64,000 nt of DNA from Candidatus Kaiserbacteria bacterium (GTDB lineage: Bacteria; Patescibacteriota; Minisyncoccia; Phycocordibacterales; UBA2100). The translations under genes and the position numbers were made by a program. The first letter of the stretch is position 1. Every line of letters starts with the position of its first letter. This document shows, in pieces, positions 56,662 through 64,000 of this stretch. The stretch lies in the NCBI GenBank assembly GCA_028286585.1, contig JAQBRI010000007.1, forward strand, positions 18,479 to 82,478. The letters are read 5' to 3'. Under the pieces are notes generated by a model. It was not told the DNA's origin and ran no database searches. It saw nothing but the letters and a program-made list of their open reading frames with translations.

Positions 56662-57435
56662 ATGTGGACTGAGTCGCAGCGATTGTTTTTAAATCTGAGT
56701 AAAAAGGAGCTTGCGGTGCTTAAAATTTTGCATAAAAAGGGTCCGATTAATACCACTGAACTCGCCTTTGAATCTAAGATTCCACGCGTCACAACGATAC
56801 GTATTGCGCGCAAATTATGGCGCAGGGGATTCATTGCTCGGCAGACTTTGAGGCGCGAAATAAAGTGGTCCGAAGTCGATCGTGAGACCATTCAAAAGCG
56901 TCTTATGACCCAGGTTGAAACATCAACCGTAACCCTCGGCGGCAAAGAAATTGAACTCTCGGAAGTTGCCAGTGTGACAACGTATTATGGGGCGGATGCC
57001 ATGCTCGAGAGTAACAAAAAGCTGCTTGTGGCGCATGCGGGCGAAAAGTTTTGCAGCATTGAACCAAATGGCATGTGGAAACATATGGCAAAAGTGTCCC
57101 CAAAGGAGTGGCAAGAACTCAATAATATCTATAAAAATAAGGGTGTAATGGTAGATATGGTGCTCGAAGAGGGGTTTGAAAAGGCGATAGGGATAGTAGA
57201 CAAAGAACTAAAATCAAGCTTTTTTAGTCTCGCGTCAGAGGTGCGTGTAATTCCCGAGGGAATTGTAAGTTCTTCGACCGAAGTACTTATATTTCGAGAT
57301 CAGGCGCTCTTTATGGATTGGGAGCAGTACATAGCAATAGAAATAAAGAATCCAAGCACCGTAAAGCTGATAAAAGGCATGTTCAAGGCTTTGCAGGCGC
57401 AAGGCACGGTATTTGGCTACAAGAAAGGGTTTTGA
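56662..57435 (+). CDS. TrmB-family winged-helix transcriptional regulator (paralog 4)
   Basis: LSKKELAVLKILHKKGPINTTELAFESKIPRVTTIRIARKLWRRGFIARQ. Confidence 0.5.
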   Translation: MWTESQRLFLNLSKKELAVLKILHKKGPINTTELAFESKIPRVTTIRIARKLWRRGFIARQTLRREIKWSEVDRETIQKRLMTQVETSTVTLGGKEIELSEVASVTTYYGADAMLESNKKLLVAHAGEKFCSIEPNGMWKHMAKVSPKEWQELNNIYKNKGVMVDMVLEEGFEKAIGIVDKELKSSFFSLASEVRVIPEGIVSSSTEVLIFRDQALFMDWEQYIAIEIKNPSTVKLIKGMFKALQAQGTVFGYKKGF

Positions 57436-57437
57436 GT

Positions 57438-57451
57438 GTTACACGTGGCAC
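57438..57451 (+). promoter_or_regulatory. third exact copy of GTTACACGTGGCAC, between TrmB-like paralog 4 and xth
   Basis: Identical 14-mer to 55979-55992; degenerate copies at about 55836, 57742, 58190 and 58364. Confidence 0.5.
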
Positions 57452-57470
57452 CTGGTGCTATACTTGGCAC

Positions 57471-58271
57471 ATGAGAATAATGTCATGGAACGTGAATGGT
57501 ATTAGAGCGGTACACAAGAAGGGCTTATTTGAGCCATTTATTGCCAAGTACCAGCCAGATGTTCTGTGTCTACAGGAAACCAAGGCACAGGAGCACGAAT
57601 CTCCTGTCGATTTGCCCGATTATCATGAGTTTTGGAATAGTGCTGAGAAGAAAGGGTATAGCGGTACAGCGATATTTAGTAAAGAAAAGCCCTTGTCCGT
57701 TATATTAGGCATTCCAGCCGTTATTATCGAAAAACATGGTGTTACACGTGACACATACGGAGACCCTGGCACCGAGGGCAGGGTTATAGCGGCTGAATAT
57801 AAGGATTTTTACGTGGTTACGGTATATACCCCCAACTCCAAGGATGACCTAACCCGCATTCCGTTGCGTCATAAGCAGTGGGACCCTGCCTTTTTGGCAT
57901 ACTGTGTGGAACTTGAAAAAACCAAGCCAGTCATATTTTGTGGGGACCTTAACGTTGCACATACCCCCGACGACTTGGCGAACCCTAAGCCAAATATGGG
58001 CAAAAAGGGTTTCACCAATGAGGAGCGAGAGGGAATTGATAACGCTCTGGGCTATGGCTTTGTTGATACCTTTAGGCATTTTATCCCTTCTGGTAATGGT
58101 TATTACACCTGGTGGAGTAATTTTGCCAATTCACGTGCCAGAAATATTGGGTGGAGAATCGATTATGTTTTTGTAAGCAAATCCCTTGTTCCACGTGTAA
58201 CTAGCGCCGCTATTCACCCCGAAGTAATGGGCTCGGATCATTGTCCTGTATCAATCGACATTTCTGACTGA
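57471..58271 (+). CDS. xth: exodeoxyribonuclease III (AP endonuclease, Xth family)
   Basis: MRIMSWNVNGIRA..., CLQETK, catalytic D...N...H motifs (DHCPVSIDI C-terminus); start set at the internal Met. Confidence 0.85.
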   Translation: MRIMSWNVNGIRAVHKKGLFEPFIAKYQPDVLCLQETKAQEHESPVDLPDYHEFWNSAEKKGYSGTAIFSKEKPLSVILGIPAVIIEKHGVTRDTYGDPGTEGRVIAAEYKDFYVVTVYTPNSKDDLTRIPLRHKQWDPAFLAYCVELEKTKPVIFCGDLNVAHTPDDLANPKPNMGKKGFTNEEREGIDNALGYGFVDTFRHFIPSGNGYYTWWSNFANSRARNIGWRIDYVFVSKSLVPRVTSAAIHPEVMGSDHCPVSIDISD

Positions 58272-58369
58272 TACCACAGAACCTCTATTTATAAGGACAA
58301 ATTAAGTGTCCATTAACGACCAATTAGTTATCCACAGTATTGTCCATTAAGTCCTTTACACGTATTACT

Positions 58370-58436
58370 ATGTCCGTTACACTGTCTTTTAGTTGCTCAT
58401 TCAGGAAACGTTAGTTCAAACTAACGGGACATAGTT
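58370..58436. repeat. nested inverted repeats (CTATGTCCGTTA...TAACGGGACATAG enclosing CGTTAGTT-caa-ACTAACG) in a 455-bp noncoding stretch
   Basis: 12-bp outer and 7-8-bp inner complementary arms. Confidence 0.5.
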
Positions 58437-58726
58437 TTACATGTACCTTACACAAAACATATATAGCACTTAGTGCTCAGGATATCCTCGACGATATCCA
58501 TTGAAATACAAGGTACTTGTGCTAAACACCCGAGATCTTTAATAATGATCTAACGGAATCCTATTTAAAGCCGCTTCACTGCGGCGACTGCTGAAAAAGA
58601 AAACACAGAAGTCGCCCCGTGAGGCGGTTTTTTTATACTATCTAAAATACACATGTAGTAAAAATTGCCTCTTAGCATAACTACGGTATAATCAGCTCAC
58701 TTCGATCCGTGTTCGAAGTGACATCT

Positions 58727-58797
58727 GCGGGCATGGTTTAGTGGTAAAATGGCGCCTTGCCAAGGCGTAGACGGGAGTTCGATTCTCCCTGCCCGCA
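58727..58797 (+). tRNA. tRNA-Gly (anticodon GCC), no encoded CCA
   Basis: GCGGGCA acceptor, anticodon loop TTGCCAA, T-arm GGGAGTTCGATTCTCCC. Confidence 0.8.
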
Positions 58798-58859
58798 CAC
58801 AAAGTTTGTTTTTAGGTTTCGCCAGGATTCTCCCCAGAATCTCGGCCCACTTCATTATG

Positions 58860-58931
58860 TGCTCCCGCCAGGATTCGAACCTGGAATAGCAGTTCCGAAG
58901 ACTGCTGTGATATCCATTTCACCACGAGAGC
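58860..58931 (-). tRNA. tRNA-Arg (anticodon TCG), no encoded CCA
   Basis: Reverse complement: acceptor GCTCTCG/CGGGAGC, D-stem GTGA/TCAC, anticodon stem GCAGT/ACTGC with loop CTTCGGA, T-arm CCAGGTTCGAATCCTGG. Confidence 0.7.
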
Positions 58932-59010
58932 AATGCAATAAACAGAAACCAAACCTACGCATTAACGAAATCAATATAGCACACACTCTCGACTCGCGAT
59001 ACCCGGACTT

Positions 59011-60501
59011 ATGACATACAATACAGGAATGCACGCCACAGGACTAAGTGTCCCATCTGAGATACGAACTATTTGTGAGACATTGAAAAACGCAGGATAT
59101 GAAAGTTATATCGTTGGCGGTTGCGTGCGTGATTTATACATTAATCGCGCACCTAAGGATTGGGACATTACCACCAATGCGAAACCCGAAGCTATCCAAG
59201 CGCTGTTCGAAGAAACGTTTTATGAAAATGATTACGGTACTGTTGGAGTAGTTACACAGTCCGAAAGTCCTGCACTTAAAATTGTTGAGATTACACCTTA
59301 TCGTACCGAATCGACCTATTCCAACGCGCGGCACCCGGACGCTGTTGAATTTAGTGATTCTCTCGCCGACGACTTGAAGCGGCGCGATTTTACGATTAAT
59401 GCAATCGCGTATGACCCGTTAACTGACTCAGTGGTTGATTTGCATAACGGTATGGATGATCTCCACAATAAACGGATCGTGACCGTAGGGGATCCATATA
59501 ATCGCTTCCAGGAGGATGCATTGCGCATGCTACGCGCTATTCGTATTGCAGTGGAGTTGGATTTTGTTATCGATGCGGAAACTATGGCAGCAATTGCAAA
59601 ACACAGTGAGCTGCTCTCAAAAATTTCTCAAGAGCGTATACGGGATGAACTAACGCGTGTTTTGATGAGTCCGCGTCCAATGCAGGGGATATTTATGGCG
59701 CAGAAGCTGGGTGTACTCAAGTACATCATTCCTGAACTCGAAGAGGCGATTGGAATAGATCAAAATCAGGCGCACTCGTTTGATGTATTTGAACATCTCG
59801 TAAGATCGATGCAGCACGCTGCTGACAAGAACTGGCCGTTTGAAATACGTATCGCGGCACTCTTGCATGATATTGGAAAGCCGGCGACACGGGTATGGTC
59901 GAGTGATAAGAAAGATTGGACCTTTTATAATCATGAGGTGGTGGGAGCACGCATGGCCCGCAAAATTTTAAACAATCTCCGTTTCCCAAAAGCGACTATA
60001 GAGACAGTTACTACTCTCATTCGATGGCATATGTTTTTCTCTGATCCGGATTCAGTCACATTGAGTGCCGTGCGTCGCATCATTTCAAATGTAGGTAGGG
60101 AAAATATTTCATCACTTATAGATTTACGCATCTGCGATCGTATTGGAACTGGACGGCCAAAAGAGCAACCTTTTCGACTGCGAAAGTATATGTCTATGAT
60201 TGATGAGGCGCTCCGAGATCCTATTACTGTAGGAATGCTCGCAATAGATGGTAAAGGGTTAATGGAAATAATAGGGGAGGGTCCTGGGCCAAGATTGGGA
60301 TGGATGCTGCACGCCCTGCTTGAAGAGGTACTCAACGACCCAGCGCTCAACACAAAAGAATATATGGAGAAGCGGGCACTCGAACTTAAGGAGCTTCCAG
60401 AAGAAACACTGAGAACGCTTGGAGAACAAGGAAAGGACAAGAAAGAAATGGAAGATGCCGCCGAAGTATTGAAACTCCGCGAAAAGCACCACGTGAGTTA
60501 A
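59011..60501 (+). CDS. cca: CCA-adding tRNA nucleotidyltransferase with HD domain
   Basis: Pol-beta NT motif GGCVRDL...DWDITT, HD domain LLHDIGK, 496 aa. Confidence 0.8.
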   Translation: MTYNTGMHATGLSVPSEIRTICETLKNAGYESYIVGGCVRDLYINRAPKDWDITTNAKPEAIQALFEETFYENDYGTVGVVTQSESPALKIVEITPYRTESTYSNARHPDAVEFSDSLADDLKRRDFTINAIAYDPLTDSVVDLHNGMDDLHNKRIVTVGDPYNRFQEDALRMLRAIRIAVELDFVIDAETMAAIAKHSELLSKISQERIRDELTRVLMSPRPMQGIFMAQKLGVLKYIIPELEEAIGIDQNQAHSFDVFEHLVRSMQHAADKNWPFEIRIAALLHDIGKPATRVWSSDKKDWTFYNHEVVGARMARKILNNLRFPKATIETVTTLIRWHMFFSDPDSVTLSAVRRIISNVGRENISSLIDLRICDRIGTGRPKEQPFRLRKYMSMIDEALRDPITVGMLAIDGKGLMEIIGEGPGPRLGWMLHALLEEVLNDPALNTKEYMEKRALELKELPEETLRTLGEQGKDKKEMEDAAEVLKLREKHHVS

Positions 60502-60764
60502 TGGGCGTCTGCGCCTATCGTTATTGATTTCACTACGTCGAACATCGAAATTATGTTTGTTTGTTTGATAACAAACACCTGCTGTCCTATATAGGTTTTT
60601 ACAAAGACAGTGAATGGTCGTCTGTGAATAAATTATTGAAACTGTGTATAACTCTGTGGATATGTTGATAACAGACAAGGGCTTCAAGTTTGATATATGT
60701 CCAATATTTAAGGTATTTATGCGGTTTTGTCCAATCAGGCATGTTTGTATGAGATACTGTCCCT

Positions 60765-61145
60765 ATGGAGGGGTCCAAGGCTCAAAATAAGGAAACAGGG
60801 GATATTGGAGAAAAGGTCGCGTGTATATTTTTGCGACGTAAGGGTTTTAATGTCATAGCCACCAAAGTGCGGGCGGCGTGGTGCGAAATAGATATTATTG
60901 CTGAAAAGGAGGGAGTGGTACATTTTGTTGAAGTAAAAAGCGTAACGCATCAAAACATCGCCGGAAGCTACCGTCCGGAAGAGTTGGTACATCATGCCAA
61001 GCTCGATAAGATATCCCGCTTCGCAGAATTTTATATGAATAAGGAAAATGATACACGCGACTATCAAATAGATGTTGTGGGTGTGTTTTTGGATGTCCGG
61101 ACGAGAAAAGCACAGTGTCGGATTACCGAGAATGTATCTTTATAA
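60765..61145 (+). CDS. YraN/UPF0102 family endonuclease-like protein
   Basis: GDIGEKVACIFLRRKGFNVIA...EIDIIAEKEGVVHFVEVKS PD-(D/E)xK core. Confidence 0.7.
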   Translation: MEGSKAQNKETGDIGEKVACIFLRRKGFNVIATKVRAAWCEIDIIAEKEGVVHFVEVKSVTHQNIAGSYRPEELVHHAKLDKISRFAEFYMNKENDTRDYQIDVVGVFLDVRTRKAQCRITENVSL

Positions 61146-61180
61146 AAAACGAAGGCCCGATATCAGTCGGGCCTTTTTAA
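61146..61180. terminator. intrinsic terminator GGCCCGA-tatcag-TCGGGCC-TTTTT between convergent yraN and asd
   Basis: 7-bp GC stem plus T-run, A-run on the other side (bidirectional). Confidence 0.7.
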
Positions 61181-61203
61181 AATGATCACAAGAGCAGTAG
61201 GGA

Positions 61204-62199
61204 TTAAAAAAGCAGTTCTGCAATTTGCACAGCATTGAGCGCCGCGCCCTTAAGAATATTGTCGCCCGAAACAAACATTTCGAGAGTGTAGAGATCTCGC
61301 TGCCGGATCCTGCCTACGAACACCTCGTCTTTGCCAGTCGCAAGAAGAGGAAGCGGATATAATCCCTTATCTGGTTCGTCATAAACTATAACTCCGGGTG
61401 ATCGAACAAGTGTATCGCACATTTTTTTGAAAATGTGATCATGGATCTTGTTTTGGAACTCGACAACAATGTTCATGCTGTGTCCGTTCATGATCGGCAC
61501 CCGGACACATGTTGCGTATACGGGGATCTTCCGCCCAAGAATTTTTTGAGTTTCATAGAGCATTTTCAGCTCTTCGGAAGAATGTTCATTATCCACGAAC
61601 GAGCCGATCGCAGGGATCACATTTCCAAAAATCGGATGCGGATAGATTTCCCGTTCAAACAAGCTTCCCTGCAAGATGGCACGCTGCTGCGCTTCGAGCT
61701 CGCGTATGCCATCGGTGCCCGAACCAGATACCGCCTGCAGTGTAGTTACATATACTTTTGCGATTGGATTGATTCGATGCAGAGGCGCAAGCGCCATCAA
61801 CATGATAATCGTACTGCAATTAGGGCTTGCAATAAGGCCACAGTGCCCTTTAAGTGCCTTCGGGTTGACCTCGGGGATGATGAGCGGCACGTCCGGGTCC
61901 ATACGAAAATCCGAACCATTGTCGATAACAATGCATCCTCGACGCACTGCTTCCTTGGCAAATTCTTTCGATGCACCAGCTTCGCCTTCGGTGCCGGCGA
62001 AAAATGCAAACTTAGCACCGTCGAATCCCTCTGGTCGGGCGACCTCGACAGCATATATTTCGTCATCGATAACCATGCGTCTCTCGGTTCTGGCGAGGAT
62101 GGTTATTTCTTCGATAGCGAAGCGAGGCCTTTTACGCAATATTTCGACCATCTCCGTACCAACCATACCGGCACCAACTACGACAATTCGCGTTCCCAT
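61204..62199 (-). CDS. asd: aspartate-semialdehyde dehydrogenase
   Basis: IVVVGAGMVGTEM Rossmann motif, active-site IASPNCST, 331 aa. Confidence 0.85.
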   Translation of the reverse strand: MGTRIVVVGAGMVGTEMVEILRKRPRFAIEEITILARTERRMVIDDEIYAVEVARPEGFDGAKFAFFAGTEGEAGASKEFAKEAVRRGCIVIDNGSDFRMDPDVPLIIPEVNPKALKGHCGLIASPNCSTIIMLMALAPLHRINPIAKVYVTTLQAVSGSGTDGIRELEAQQRAILQGSLFEREIYPHPIFGNVIPAIGSFVDNEHSSEELKMLYETQKILGRKIPVYATCVRVPIMNGHSMNIVVEFQNKIHDHIFKKMCDTLVRSPGVIVYDEPDKGLYPLPLLATGKDEVFVGRIRQRDLYTLEMFVSGDNILKGAALNAVQIAELLF

Positions 62200-62325
62200 T
62201 GTGCTCCCCCATTCTCAATGATCCAGGATTCAACCTATCATTAGTACTCGCCATAAGCAATGAATGCATATTCCCAGCAAATATGATAGTATATTTTGGA
62301 TACATTTGTGCGATATGTATTACGA

Positions 62326-62399
62326 CGGGGTGTCGTATACCGGTAGTACGCATGCTTTGGGAGCATGTAGACTGGGTTCAATTCCCAGCACCCCGACCA
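62326..62399 (+). tRNA. tRNA-Pro (anticodon TGG), CCA encoded
   Basis: C1-G72 acceptor CGGGGTG/CACCCCG, anticodon stem CATGC/GCATG loop TTTGGGA, T-arm CTGGGTTCAATTCCCAG, ACCA end. Confidence 0.8.
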
Positions 62400-62463
62400 G
62401 AAGAGAAGAATAAAACGTGGAGGTTGTAGAACGAAATGTAGTAGGGTAGAATGCACAAACAAC

Positions 62464-62534
62464 GCGGGATTAGTTTACTGGTAAAACATCAGTTTTCCAA
62501 ACTGAGGTAAAGGGTTCGATTCCCTTATCCCGCA
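62464..62534 (+). tRNA. tRNA-Gly (anticodon TCC), no encoded CCA
   Basis: Acceptor GCGGGAT/ATCCCGC, anticodon stem TCAGT/ACTGA loop TTTCCAA, T-arm AGGGTTCGATTCCCT. Confidence 0.8.
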
Positions 62535-62540
62535 CAGGCT

Positions 62541-62582
62541 CTCAATACAAAAGCCACTCTAGAGGAGTGGCTTTTGTATTTT
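62541..62582. terminator. bidirectional intrinsic terminator AAAAGCCACTC-tagag-GAGTGGCTTTT
   Basis: 11-bp stem with A-run and T-run; serves the tRNA operon (+) and hup (-). Confidence 0.7.
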
Positions 62583-62593
62583 GCACAAAATCT

Positions 62594-62872
62594 TTATGAT
62601 TTGAGTGCGTCTTTCAAAGTCTTAGATGCTCGGAAACGAGGTGCGCGACTTGCCTTCACCTGCATTTTCTCTCCAGTACGAGGATTTCGTACCATGCGAG
62701 CTGGACGGTCACGAGCCTCGAAGATTCCAAGGCCTGCAACTGACACTTCTTCGCCACTCTTGAGTGTTGAAGTGATCGTACTGATCACACACTCCATTGC
62801 TCGCTCAGCATCAGCTTTTGTACTGCCGATTGTAGCTGCAATCTTTTCTACCAAATCTGCTTTATTTGCCAT
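62594..62872 (-). CDS. hup: DNA-binding protein HU
   Basis: 92 aa, MANKADLVEKIA...RNPRTGEKMQV canonical HU arm. Confidence 0.9.
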   Translation of the reverse strand: MANKADLVEKIAATIGSTKADAERAMECVISTITSTLKSGEEVSVAGLGIFEARDRPARMVRNPRTGEKMQVKASRAPRFRASKTLKDALKS

Positions 62873-63107
62873 ACGTATATTAGTTAGCTAATAACAACGC
62901 GACTCTGTTCGCTCGACCGAACTTACGTCCATTTTGAGCCTTATTTTCCGTACTGTCAACAGGGGTGTTAACAACTCTCAATCAGCGCTCAAAACTCTTT
63001 TTTCGGCATAGAATTTATAAAGCACGCATATTTGCTTGCTAGCAAATTGTTCCTCTCGCGCCGCCGCGCTGCGAGAGGCTTTCTAAAACCTACGCCTCAA
63101 CGAGTTT

Positions 63108-64000
63108 TTATTTGGCGTACTCAATCACACGAGTCTCTCGTATCACAGACACCTTAATTTCGCCTGGGTACTGCATTTCACTCTGAATTGAATCAGCTAT
63201 AGTTCTTGCGATATTTCGTGCCTCGAGGTCAGTTACAGCCTCTGGTTTGACGATTACGCGTACTTCACGGCCAGCAGCGATGGCATAGCTCTTTTCTACA
63301 CCTGGGACGCGATTTGCTAGTCCTTCTAGGTCTTCGAGACGCTTGATATAGTTTTCGACTGAATCACGACGTGCTCCTGGACGTGCTCCTGAAACAGCAT
63401 CAGCAACCTGCACGATCATACTTTCTGGAGTTTCGTATGGATATTCCTCGTGATGGGCCTGCATTGCCTTTACCACTTCTTCACTGATGCCAAATTTTTG
63501 CAAGATACGACGTCCAATTTCGACGTGTGTACCAGGTACTTCGTGGTCGACTGCCTTACCGATGTCATGGAACAAGGCTCCCGCACGAGCAACGGCGACG
63601 TTTGCGCCGAGTTCTTCTGCAAGCATTCCAGCCAAGTGCGCGACTTCGACGGAGTGATCAAGTACGTTTTGTCCATAACTGGTACGGAAATACAAACGTC
63701 CCAAAATCATGACGAGTTTAGGATCCAAGTCAGGTACCCGGGCAGCATACGCTGCTTCGGCACCCTTCTTTTTGATTATGTTATTGATTTCTGCTTCCGC
63801 CTTTACGACCGATTCTTCAATTTTTGCAGGCTGAATACGGCCATCAAGAATAAGATTCTCGAGTGCAATACGAGCTATTTGTCGACGAATTGGATCATAT
63901 GACGAGAGCGTGATGGTGCCTGGCGTGTCATCAACTATGACATCCACCCCTGTTGCACGTTCAAATGTTCTAATATTTCGGCCTTCTTTACCGATGATCT
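63108..64000 (-). CDS. rny: ribonuclease Y, C-terminal KH plus HD portion (gene continues beyond window end)
   Basis: KH motif IIGKEGRNIRTFERATGVDVIVDDTPG continues upstream of the listed Met; HD domain FHDIGKAVDHE. Confidence 0.8.
   Translation of the reverse strand, partial: IIGKEGRNIRTFERATGVDVIVDDTPGTITLSSYDPIRRQIARIALENLILDGRIQPAKIEESVVKAEAEINNIIKKKGAEAAYAARVPDLDPKLVMILGRLYFRTSYGQNVLDHSVEVAHLAGMLAEELGANVAVARAGALFHDIGKAVDHEVPGTHVEIGRRILQKFGISEEVVKAMQAHHEEYPYETPESMIVQVADAVSGARPGARRDSVENYIKRLEDLEGLANRVPGVEKSYAIAAGREVRVIVKPEAVTDLEARNIARTIADSIQSEMQYPGEIKVSVIRETRVIEYAK

Noticed and set aside
57318-57470. N-terminal extension of the xth ORF
   Set aside because: Overlaps the 3-prime end of the TrmB-like gene; canonical Xth N-terminus MRIMSWNVNG begins at 57471
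58757-59014. 85-aa plus-strand ORF
   Set aside because: Runs through two tRNA genes (tRNA-Gly 58727-58797 and tRNA-Arg 58860-58931); not coding
1-64000. CRISPR array
   Set aside because: No array of regularly spaced direct repeats; the observed repeats are isolated inverted repeats or dispersed motif copies
1-64000. tmRNA or RNase P RNA
   Set aside because: Every GGTTCGATTCC-type T-arm maps to an ordinary tRNA; no tag-peptide reading frame or P4 consensus seen by eye; cannot be excluded without a covariance-model search

Overview
This 64-kb window reads as the replication-origin neighbourhood of a small-genome, monoderm-type bacterium, most likely a CPR/Patescibacteria-like lineage. That lineage call is an inference from gene content only. 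The supporting observations are short housekeeping proteins, a HU gene, a pilB ATPase, four TrmB-family regulators, many signal-peptide or TM-anchored proteins and a Gram-positive-style T4SS, with no outer-membrane machinery visible.

The origin core is rnpA-rpmH | dnaA-dnaN with DnaA-box-like 9-mers on both sides of dnaA. Around it sit housekeeping genes for recombination (ruvA, ruvB, ruvC, polA, uvrD/pcrA, xerC/D, xth), for RNA and the ribosome (rpsT, rpsO, pnp, rny, ksgA, rlmB, trmL-like, tsaE, cca, rnpA), for the envelope and secretion (murE-like, PBP1A, yidC, jag, pilB) and others (asd, hup, yebC, yifB). Seven tRNA genes are present.

The most striking feature is a co-directional block of 12 ORFs (11 genes) at about 24.6-37.1 kb on the minus strand, which looks like a minimal monoderm-type type IV secretion-like system. 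It contains a VirB4/TrbE ATPase split across two adjacent ORFs, a PrgI/VirB3-like small membrane protein, a large VirB6/TrbL-like polytopic protein with a long Lys/Glu-rich coiled-coil tail, a VirB2-like pilin candidate and six secreted or membrane-anchored proteins of unknown function. No VirD4 coupling protein or relaxase is seen in the window.

The second notable region is a variable-looking segment at about 50-58.7 kb. It lies between a Xer-type tyrosine recombinase and a tRNA cluster and holds four paralogous TrmB-like winged-helix regulators interleaved with small orphan ORFs. It is decorated with recurring palindromic motifs: TTGTCA-N10-TGACAA, TATATGTC(C)-N5/10-(G)GACATATA and GTTACACGTGGCAC.

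Other items worth a second look are an LpxC-family deacetylase homolog in a genome context with no LPS signals, a tRNA-Lys 3-prime-end direct repeat about 180 bp downstream of the gene, a 24-bp perfect inverted repeat between pilB and ruvB, a promoter/terminator-bounded candidate sRNA upstream of a LysM-M23 peptidase, and a Cys-rich tandem-repeat secreted protein.
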